From assembly GCA_004431415.1 (NCBI GenBank), contig QPMI01000655.1, positions 124,001-188,000 on the forward strand: DNA of 64,000 nucleotides, given 5' to 3'. Positions 36,701 through 46,600 of the stretch are shown piece after piece (positions within the stretch are counted from its first letter, which is position 1; the number at the start of each line of letters is the position of its first letter). The notes beneath the pieces are model-generated. The model was not told where the DNA came from. It was given only the letters and a program-made list of their open reading frames with translations, and ran no database searches. A program made the position numbers and the translations under genes. The stretch comes from Cyanophora paradoxa CCMP329 (Eukaryota > Plantae > Glaucophyta).

Positions 36701-38938
36701 GCAGGGGCAGAGGGGCGCGGGGGCGAGGCCCTCCTCGAGGGTCTCGAACGAGGCGCCCAGGGCGGCGGGGCTCGGGTGCCGGTGCCGCGCCGGCTCCCCG
36801 CGCCCGCCGCCTCCGCCAGCTCGTGCGCCTTGAACGCCGTGTGCAGCAGCTGCCCCGCCGCTCGGCGGCGGCCGGCGCCGAGCGACGAGGCAAGCGAAGC
36901 CCGGGAGACGCACCTCGTGGGAGAGGGAGCTCAGCGGCTGCCCGAAGAACCTGGCCGAGATCGAGGGCGCGGGCACTTGAGAGGGAGCTGGGAGCGGGCG
37001 AGGCGGAGGGCGGGACGGGACCTGGCGTAGAGGCAGCCGACGGCCGGGTTCTCGTGCGAGCGCCGCACCGTCGCCCGCTCGTCCGCCCCGTAGATCGCCG
37101 CAGCCCGCCGCTTCGCGATCCCCTTGTCCCGCGAGCGCGGCGCCCCGGGGCCGCTGATGCAGCCTTGCGGGCACAGCATCACCTGCGCGCGGAGAGGGAG
37201 GCCTGGGCGGTCGGCGGGGGGCGGGGCAGCGCGCGGGGAGGAGGTCGGGCGGGGCGGGTGCCTCGACGAAGTGGTAGTCGGAGGCGCCGGCGAGCGCCTT
37301 CTTCACCACCCGCTGGATGCTGCCCCGCCTCTCAGGGGGCGACCGGGGGCGCGGCGCAGGGGCGGGGGGCGGGGGGCCGGGCCTGTTGACGCCGCAGACG
37401 ACGCAGTACTTGAGCTCGGGGAGGCCGGGGAGGCCGAGGGGCACTGAGCCCTCCTTGACGCCGAAGAGCCCGCGCGCGTCCCGCACCTCCACCCGCTCGA
37501 GGCGGCGGCCCGTCGCGAGCTCGTACGCGGTGCGCACGGCGGCCTCCATGACGCCGCCGGTGACGCCGAAGAGGGCCCCCGCGCCGCTCCCGCCCATGAG
37601 GTCCGTGAAGCGGCCCTCGGGCCCTCCCCGCTGAGGGCCCCCCACTCCACCCGCAGGCCCGCAGCAGCGCCCCAGCTCCCGCACCGTCACCACCTGCCCC
37701 GCCTCAGCCAGCCGCACCGCCGCCCTGCGGGGGGCGCGGGGCGCGCACGTGGTCGACCCTGTGGCGGGGCCCCTGCAGGGGCCCCCGCGACGCCTCCAAC
37801 CGCTTCATCTGCCGCCGTCGAGCGCGGCCGGTCGGGGCGGGCCGGGGGCGGGGGGAGGGGGCGGGGGCGGGCACGAAGCAGGGGACGACGCTGGTGACGA
37901 CGAGGCGGTCGGGGTCGACGCCGGCGGCGGCGCAGAAGGCGGTGCGGGCGATGGAGGCGGTCATCCCCTGCGGGCTCTTGCACGTCGAGAGGAGCGGGAT
38001 CACCTCCGGGCACTCCTCCGTCACCATCGCCTGCCCTGCCTCGCCCCCGCCGCCGCCCCGCGCGGCGAAAGTTGAGGCGCGGCCGCGAGCAGCACGGGCG
38101 GGGCGGCGCACATCCAGCGCAGCAGGAGGTGAACATGGGAAGGGCCCGCCGTTCTTCACCCTGCGCGCCCCGCGCCGTCCGACGCGGCCGGACATCACTG
38201 CAGACCGGGCGTACCGCTGGAGCAGCTCCGATGCCTCCTCCATAATCTGAGGGGCCCGGGCCCGATCAGTCGCGGGTCTACGAGCGCGTGGCCATGGCTG
38301 CCGTGTACCGTGACGTCGGCGCCGAAGCGAAGATCGAAGACGAAGTCAAAGCCGACGCGGCGGAGGGCCTGCACGAGCTGCTCCGGTCGCAGCGCCCCGG
38401 CGGCACTGCGCGGCGCAGCTCGAGGTATGGCCCCGCCGGCGGGCCGGGTTCGCGGCGAGCGCTGCGGTGCGGGCGGGCGTACTCCCGAACTCCTCAGGAT
38501 CGAAACAAACGTCGTAGGCGCGATCTGGTCGGTGTGAGGCGATCTGGTCGGGTGGCGGCCAGGGACAGGACATACCATAGCAGCGTGCAACTGAAGAATT
38601 CGAAGGGCGCGGGGCGCGCGAGTTTGAAATTCAGCGCGCGCGCGGTGCGCGGCAGAGAAGAGAGAGGGCGCGGCGACGCTCAGGCACGGCTCGCCTTGCC
38701 CTCCTCGCCTTTCCGCTCGAGCTCCTTCATCACCACCGCGGCCTCCTTCTTGAGCCTCGCAGACGCCGGGACCGCCGCAGCATCGGCACTGGCGCGTATT
38801 CGGTTATAATTAGGCGCCCGATGTACCGTGTAACACAATATTAATTCGCACGATATTAGTCGTGCACCGTTGTTGTGAGTCGTGCAGCTTCTCGGCTGGC
38901 TGCAGCTCGCCCGGGAGGACCGCTTTGATGGACTCCAT
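33798..38938 (-). CDS. hydA: [FeFe]-hydrogenase H-domain fused to a flavodoxin + FAD + NADPH (P450 reductase/CysJ-like) module, copy 1
   Basis: GFDFVFDLRFGADVTIMEEASELLQR, TSCCAGW, LSTCKSPQ, VPCFMKRLE, GAGALFGVTGGVMEAAVRT, EVMLCPQGCISGPG, RRSHENP, HELLHT; then FGSETGNAE, STAGQGEVPDNA, FGLGDSSY, GDALAVYPRND, PRYYSISSS, GLCTGYL, GLGTGIAP, AFSHD, FYCG, YVVEAW*. Confidence 0.92.
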
Positions 38939-39142
38939 CCTGTCGTACGCCTCGATCGAGCGCTCGCTCCTTCACAGCATCACAAAATCGAATTTGATCG
39001 ACTTTGTTGGGTACAGCATTGCAGAGGTCCAGCCCTTTGGCCTTGAGCTCGGCCCTTTGGGTTGTCCAAGCTGTCTTTGGTCAGCTAAGCGTAGTACGGT
39101 CCCGGTAGCAGCGCGGAGGCCCGCGGCCCCGCGCGGGCCGCC
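38939..39142. promoter_or_regulatory. Probable bidirectional promoter between hydrogenase and kinase (second copy 48853-49056)
   Basis: Only ~204 bp separate the divergent ATGs. Confidence 0.5.
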
Positions 39143-41179
39143 ATGCTGCCGCGGATCAATGTGAAGTCTCGTGGTCAACCGCCTTCGCGGCAAAGCCAGC
39201 CGCCAGCCTCGGATTCCGTACTTACCCCGCGCCGACCTGGGGTCGCATCCCGTGCGGGTCCTAGGGACGTGCTGGAGCTGCGACCAGATGCCTCGCCCGT
39301 GGCCGCCGGTCCCACAGGCAAGAGGCCAGCGAGCCGTGTCGTCCCCAGAGATCCTCGGAGAGCGCCACAGAGCGCCGCTCCCTCAGCGCCAACGAGGCAG
39401 GCGAAGCCGCCGACGAAGCAGCGGTCAGAGTCAGCGCAGCCTAGCGTGTACTACAAGTTGCAGAAAGAGAAGAGCCGCGGCGGCGCGCAGGCGAAGAACC
39501 CGCGGCTGCCGAAGCTGCCGGGAACCAGCAACACCATCGCCGGCCTGCCATCGCTGACGTTCCATAACAGCTACAGCAGCAGCACCATCGATGAGACCGT
39601 GGAGGAGAGCGCGAGGCTTGCGCAGTTCTCCACAAAGCGCGGTCCGGATCCTCCCTCCGAGTGTCCGCGCGCCTCCGAGTGCCGGCGAGAGCTGAGGGCC
39701 CCGCAGGTCCCCGAGCATGCAGGCGTTCGTGGAGGGGCCGGCGCCGGCGCAGCGCAGCGACACGCCGCCGCACGCCTCCTCGCGGAGGCGGAGCTCGGCG
39801 GAGATCGTGGAGGACGAGCTCGAGGCGAGCGCGCTCACCCCGCGCTCGCCCCGCCCCGCACCCCGCGCCTGACGCGCGCGCACGCACGCAGATCCCCGAG
39901 ATGATCGACATGCGGGACAGCGTGGCGGGCTCGTGCGCAGCGCGGAGCGGCGGGCGGCGGACGCGCGGCGGCGGTCGGTGGCGCGGGGCGCCCGCGAGGA
40001 GGACGGCTACGAGGACGACTTCGAGCCGGAGGAGGCGGCGCCGCCGCCGGCGGGGCTGCCGCTGGGCGTGGCGGGGCCCGACGCCCCCGAGATCGAGTGG
40101 GGGAGGTGGAGCTGGGGCAGCGGGTGGGGGTGGGGAGCTTCGCGCACGTCTTCCGGGGCCGGTGGCGGGGCCGCGAGGTCGCGTGAAGCGCTACATCGTC
40201 ACCGAGGAGTCCCTCCCCGAGCAGCAGCTCCGCCAGTTCCGCCGCGAGGTCCGCACCGCCCCCGCGCCCCCCCCGGGGCCCCGCCCACGGGGGCGGCGGG
40301 GCAGGCGGGGATCATGCGGCGGTGCGAGCACCCGAGCGTGATGCGGATGCACGGCGTGTGCACGCGGCCGGTGATGGCGATCGTGATGGAGTTCTGCTCG
40401 GGGGCTCCCTCCAGGCCCGCCTCCGCGACCCCGCCTGCCGCATGACGCGCCCCTCGTCTACCGCCTCGCCATCGCCGTGGCGGAGGGGATGGCGTACCTG
40501 CACGCGCAGGAGCCCCCGTCATGCACCGCGACCTTAAGCCCGCCAACGGTGCCCCCGCCCCGCGCACCGCCCGTCGCCGGCCGCGGCGTGACTCGCTGAG
40601 TGGCAGTGATGCTGCGGCGGGACGGGTCGCTGGCGATCGGCGACTTCGGCCTCTCCATCGACGTCGGCCGCGTCTCCACCGCCAGCATGGCCGCCATGGG
40701 CACCCTCGTCTTCTCCGCCCCCGAGGCCCGCCCCCGCCCCCCGCCCCCGCCGCGCGCCGCCGCCGCCGGCGCGGGCTGAGGCCTGCTGGCAGGTGGTGCG
40801 GCGGGAGCGGCCGGGGCTGGCGGCGGACGTCTACTCCTACGGCATGCTCCTCTACGAGCTCCTCTTCCGCCGGCCCCCCTTCTCCGACACCCCCCTCAAC
40901 CCCCTCAGTCCGCCCCGCCCCGCCCCGCCCCGCCCCGCCGATTCCCCCCTCCCGCCTCACGCCCGGCCCCGCGCAGTCGCGGCGGTACGGGCGGCGTACC
41001 ACGGGGCGCGGCCGTCGCTGGCGCGGGCGCCGCTGCCCGAGCTGGTGCCCCTCGTGGAGTCGTGCTGGCACGCCGAGCCGGCCCGCCGCCCCTCCTTCGT
41101 GCGCATCCTCGAGACCCTCGAGGGCCTCCGCGACCGCCGCACCCTCGGCAGCCGCCTCGGCTCCCGCGGACCCTCCTGA
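39143..41179 (+). CDS. TKL (Raf/MLK-like) protein kinase, copy 1
   Basis: EIEW, GxGSFAHVF, HRDLKPAN, DFGLS, GTLVFSAPE, DVYSYG, CW..EP..RPSF. This copy has homopolymer frameshifts. Confidence 0.88.
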
Positions 41180-41394
41180 CCCCAGTACTAGTTCTTCTTC
41201 GCGAGTAGTGTGTACAGGACGCCGCTAGTGCTTTTTCTTGTTGCTCTAGGCTTTTTTCTCTCGAATAGGCGACTCCGGCGGTTATCGACACCCCAGTGCG
41301 GCTGCGCATGCGCGTTGCCTCTTCGTGCGCGGGCACTTACTCAGTGATTGCGGGCGTTTGGTTCGAATTCGTTGTCGTCTTATGCAAACGGGAG

Positions 41395-41552
41395 CTACAC
41401 GTCTTTGGGCTTCAGAAAGCCCTTCTCCTTCTCCGCCTCCACCTTCTCCGCTTTGCGCGCCTTCTTGCCTATTCTGCGCAAGGCGCGCAAGACTGGCGTC
41501 AGCGCCCGCGCGGATCACATTTCCCCAACCAGGCGGTGCGCACCTCTGCGCC
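41395..41552 (-). pseudogene. 3' remnant of MPP6 truncated by the duplication breakpoint
   Basis: Last exon RIGKK...GFLKPKDV* is present, but the upstream exons are replaced by the junction. Confidence 0.75.
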
Positions 41553-41580
41553 TCTGCGCGGTGCGCACCTCTGCACCTCT

Positions 41581-42876
41581 GCGGCGGGGGCGCTGGAGAA
41601 GCTGGCGCGGATGAAGGACTTCACGGGGCTGCTGGAGGTGCTGAACTCGATCCCCAAGGTCAAGGACCTCCTCCAGGCGCCCGCCCCCCTCGCCTCGCCT
41701 CCCCTCGGCCCCCACCATCCGCTCACCGCTCCGCCTCAGATGCCGGACCTGCAGGCGGGGCTCGACGCCCGGCACCCGCGCGCCTTCCGCCTCCTCCGCT
41801 GGATCTCCAGCTCCAACCGCGCCCACCTCGTCCGCCTCGAGCCCTCCAAGGCCCGCCCCCGCCCCGCCCCGCCCCCTCGCCCCCTCTCTCACCCGCCGGC
41901 CCGCCCCGCAGGTCATCCAGGAGTTCGTCACCCCGAGTGCGGCCCCGCCCCCCCGCCGCCGCCGGCCCGTGCGTGCCGACCGAGCGCGGCGGGACGCAGA
42001 CCAGTTCTACTTCCTGTCGACGCCGCCGGAGAAGGAGCAGGCGTTCAAGGCGCTGCGGCGGCAGCACGGCTCCTTCTTCGCCATCCACGGCTCGCCCCTC
42101 GAGTGCTGGCACTCCATCCTCCGCGTCGGCCTCCGCAACGCCTCCAACGTGCCCCCGCCTCTCCTCCTCCCGCACCACCCTCTCTCATCCTCTCACACCC
42201 GGCAGACCGCGTACATGACGACCGGCGCCGCATACGGCTCGGGCGAGCCAGCTCGCCCTCGCCCGCGCCCCGCGGCGCCGCCTCACCGGGTGCCGCGCCG
42301 CGCCCCGCAGGCATCTACCTCTCGCCGAGCGCCGCGACGTCGGCGGCCTACATGCAGCGGCAGCAGACCCCCGTGCGCCCGCCGGCAGACCGCCCTCCCC
42401 GCCCCGCCGGCCCGGCCCGGCGCCGACGCGCGCCCCCGCGCGCAGGGCTGGCGCCTCTCGGCCTTCGCCGGCGGCAACATCCAAGTCATGGCCGTCTGCG
42501 AGGCGCGCCGTACCCCTCCCCCCCCACCCCCCATCCGAGGGGTTCGGATGGCGGGCGCTCAGAGGCATAAGATCGAAAGATCAAGAGATCGAGAGGGCGG
42601 GGCTGGGCGGGGCTGAGGCGGGGCGGGGCAGGTGGTGGACCACCCGCAGCTGGCAGGGCAGCCGAACCCGCACTACGTCGTCCCCAACCCCGACTGGGTC
42701 GTCACCAGGCCCGCCCCCGCGCCCCCCGCCCCGCCCCGCCCCGCCCCGCCGGGGGCCTCACGGGGGCCCGCAGGCTGCTGCTGGTGATCACGGACACGAA
42801 GGCGCCGCAGATCGAGCTGAAGAGGAACTCGCCCCTCAACGCCGCCCTCCGCTCCCTCGCCGCCTCCTTCTCCTGA
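41581..42876 (+). pseudogene. 5'-truncated duplicate of the PARP6/8-like gene (catalytic half)
   Basis: Identical to 31691-32985 apart from homopolymer indels; lacks the N-terminal, UBA and Cys regions. Confidence 0.8.
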
Positions 42877-43698
42877 CGCCCCCGGGGCCCACCCCATCGC
42901 CGACCCCTCCCCCCGCCCTCCCACCCAAGCCCGCCCCCACGCGCCCCGGCCCCTAAACCCCCCCCCCCCCCCCCCTCCTCCTCTTCCTCCTCCCCCCCCC
43001 CCCCTCCTCTTCCTCCTCCCCCCCACCCCCACCCCCCCCACCCCCCCACCCCCTCCTCCCCGACCGCCCGCGCCTCTCCCGACCGCCCCGCCGCCGCTTC
43101 AATCCCGAACCGTGCCCCGTCGAGACCCTCCCGCCCCAGCTTCCAGGCTCTGATGCAAGCGCAATGTACCCGGGTCTTGTTGTGTACGCTTGGAATCATT
43201 GAATCGAACCTGTTGTGTGCTGCTGTACATGTCGCGTGCATGCGCACTGTCCCACTGTGGCAGCTGGCCGCCGGACCCTCACACCGTTGAACTTGCTGAG
43301 TTGATCATGACACTGTCCGACGGTCACATTGTCAAACTGAAAGTTCACGGTTGGAACATCGGAACGTTAACCGCTACCCAATTGCAACTTGGCAACCCAC
43401 CACTGGGCCAGGCTGCCAAGCTGCCGCAGTGCGGATCCAGAGCCCAAGCCTCGACCATCATGGCATGAAGCCTGTGACGCGTTGAAGATTGGGGAACTTC
43501 GGAATTGGGGAGAGAGTCCTACACATGACTACGTGACTGTACAATTGTGCATAACATTGAATGCGCTTACATCCAGCTCGAGCTTTAATTTGGAAGGGGA
43601 AAGGGGGTGGGGGGTGTGGGGGTGTGTGTGTGTGCAGGGGGCGGGGCCAGCCGTGGCCGATGGCGAGGGCCAGCGCAGGCCTCGGCAGCTCCAGCGCG

Positions 43699-46600
43699 TC
43701 ACCACGCCTCGACGACGTACTTCATCTGCGCCGGCGCCCCGGCCCCGCGCGCACCCTCAGCGAGACCACCTCTAGATCGAGCTCATGGGCCAGGCCTAGG
43801 GCGGCTGGGGCGGCGCGCGCGCCTCCCGCCGCATGCCCTCGAGGAGGGCGGAGGCCGCGCCGCGCGTGTAGCCCTCGGCCGCCCCGCCGGCCGCCAGCGC
43901 CGCCTCGACGGCGGCGCGGACGTCGCCGGGGACGCGGCCGCCGGGCCCGCAGTAGAAGAGGTGCCCGCCGCGCCGCGCGAGCAGCTCGTAGAGCAGCGCC
44001 GGCTGCTCCGCGATGCGCTCCTGCGGGGCCCTCGGCCCGAGCCCCGGCGGGCGGGGCGGGGGCGGGCGGGGCGGGCCTGGACGAAGACGAGGCCGCGCTC
44101 GGGCGTGTCGTGCGAGAAGGCGACGGAGAGGTGCGTGAGGGCCCCCGCCTCCCCCGCCCCCGCCCACTCCTCCTCGTACTGCCCATGCCCGCCCCCACTC
44201 GCGCGCAGAGGCGCGGGGCGGGGCGGGGCGGAGCGGGGCGGGCGGGGCGGGCGGGGCGGGCGGACGAGGAACTCGGTGCGGCGGTGGCGGAGGCCGAGGA
44301 AGAGGGCCGTCGCCCCGGGCCCCTTCCCCTCCCGGCCCTGCCACACCCGCTCCTGCCCCGCCCCGCCGGGGCAGTCGACGTCGGCTCCCCCGGGGCCCGG
44401 GGGACCACGGACGCGGGGAGGGGGCTGCGGGGAGGGGACCTGGACGATGGCGCGCATAGGGGCGATGCCCGTGCCCAGGCCCACCATCACTACCGGCGTC
44501 GAAGGGTGCGGGGGCATGCAGATCCCCACCCCGGGCTTCAGCGACGCCTGCCCCGCAGCTCAGCGCCTGGCCCGCGGCGGGGGCCGGGCCGGGGGTGGCG
44601 CACGGCGACCCAGTGGGGCCCGCCGGTGAGGGCGCGGAGGTAGCCGGTGCAGAGGCCGTAGGCGGGGGAGCCGTCGGGGCGCCGCCACTCGTTGATCACC
44701 ACGCTCAGCTCCAGGCGGCCCTTCTGCAGGCAGCGCTCTCCGCGACACGAGCGGGAGGCACAGCTCGAGGCGCGAGCCGGGGCGCGCCTTGAGGTGCGGG
44801 CTGGAGGAGATGGAGTAGTAGCGCGGCTGCCGCCCGGCGCCCGCTCAGCAGCGAGCGGGGAGAGGGGGGCTAGGGGGGCCGCCTTCATGGGGGGCACGAG
44901 GTCAAGGAGGTGGTCGAGGGGCGGCCGCGCCGAGGGGAAGCTCTCCAGCACCCCCGCGTGCGTCACCCGCCCCTGCCCCGCACTTGAGACCGCCTCGAGA
45001 CGAGAGGGAGGGGGGCGGGGGGCGGGGGCACGAGGGCGGCCTCGAGGGCGGCGAGGGCGGCGGGGGCGGCGGGGGAAGAGGAGGGGTCGGCGAGGGCCTC
45101 GAGGGCGGCGCGCTGGGCGGGGTCGGAGGCGAAGGGGGCGAGGCCGGCGAAGAAGCGGGCCCCGGGGCGCCCCCCGAAGAGGTCCATCTGCGGGGGGCGG
45201 GGCTGCAGGAGAGGCCCCCGCGCGGGAGGGCGGGGGGCGCACGCAGTCGCAGGCGTAGTCGAGGAGGGTGGTGCCCGGGGGCAGCGGCGGCCGCGGGCGC
45301 GCCCCGGGCCCCGCCTCGAGCGCCTCGAAGGCGACCCCGTCGCCGGGCTCCAGGCCCAGCCGCCGCAGGAGCGCCCCCGTCTCCCCGGGGTCGTTCCGGG
45401 GGTACACCGCCAGCGCGTCCCCCACCGTGTACCGCAGCTGCCGCAAGGCCGCCGGCATCGGTCGGAGGGCACGGGGGAGGAAGAGGGGGGGGTACCGGCT
45501 CGGGGATGGCGTCCACCTCGAAGGTCTGCGCGGCGGGAGGCGGTGAGGAAGAGGAGGAGGCGGGGCGGGGGCGCGGGGCGCGGGGCGCGCGAGGTGCCGG
45601 ATGTCGCGCTCGTAGCCGGCCGGCGTCAGCCGCTCGTTCCCCCCCAGCCGCACCAGCTACCGCACGTCCGCCTGCGTGTGAGGGGGCGGCGCGGGGCGTG
45701 CGTGGCAGGTGCGGGGGGCGGGCCTGGGCGCTCGGGTCGGTGAGGATGGGCCGCCACGCCTCGCCGAAGGCGCGGGGCGGGGCCCCGGGCTCCCCGGCGC
45801 TCAGCAGGGTCCGGTGTGAGGGCGCCCGGGGCCCGCCTCCTCCCGCGCCGCCGGGAGCCGCAGCGCCTGCCCAACGAGGGTGAGGCGAGCCATGGCGGGG
45901 CGGGGCGGGCGGGGCGGGGACGTCGAAGAGGGCGGGGCCCAGGCGGCGAGGCCCGTCTCGAACTTGTCGGGGGCCTGGTCGTCGCCGAGGCCGCGGGGCA
46001 GCAGCGGCGCCGCCCCCAAAGCGGCCAGCCGCGCCTCCACCGCCGCCGAGGCGGCGTTGTAGCGCGCGTACCTGCGCGCCGGCTGAGGCCGGCCGCGGGC
46101 GCAGCGAGGCGGGCGAGGCGGGCACGAGGAGTCGCCGAGGCCGAAGACGGCGGAGCGGAGGCCGCGGAGCCAGGTGCGGGGCAGGCTCCCGAGAGCCCCG
46201 CCACGAACTCCCGCGCGTTGTCCGGCACCTGCCCGCCCCCTCGAGCCGCGCCCCGGGGCGTCGGGAGCGGGGCCGGGGCGCGCCTCGCCCTGGCCGGCGG
46301 TGGAGATGACGACGAGGAGGACGGGCGTGCGCGGCAGCTCGTCCATCTCCAACGCGTCCGCCTGCCCCGCCCCGCCTCGACCCTCGGCGTCGGGGTCGGG
46401 GCCGGGCGGGCGGGCGGGGCGGGCGGGCCTCGGAGCAGGTGACGGGGACGCCGCGGGCGGCGATGTCGCGGGCGAGCTGGCGGGCGACCCCCTCCGCGTT
46501 CCCCGTCTCCGACCCGAACGCCACCCGCACCGCCCTGCCCGGCGACCGCCCGCGTGAGGCCGAGCGGGCCGGCGAGGGGGCCGGCGGGCGGACGGCGGGG

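Larger units (their letters stand above)
31691..41552. repeat. Tandem segmental duplication, copy 1 (~9.9 kb)
   Basis: Collinear near-identity with 41581-51473; the differences I saw are G/C homopolymer-length indels. Confidence 0.95.

Noticed and set aside
37000-38600. Nar1/NARF instead of a true hydrogenase (KRLEASR resembles Nar1)
   Set aside because: TSCC, GADVTIMEE and FGVTGGVMEAA are HydA-type; Nar1 lacks these.
33798-41179. Frameshifts suggesting the hydrogenase or kinase copies are pseudogenes
   Set aside because: Indels fall in G/C homopolymer runs and differ between otherwise identical copies, which fits long-read consensus errors.
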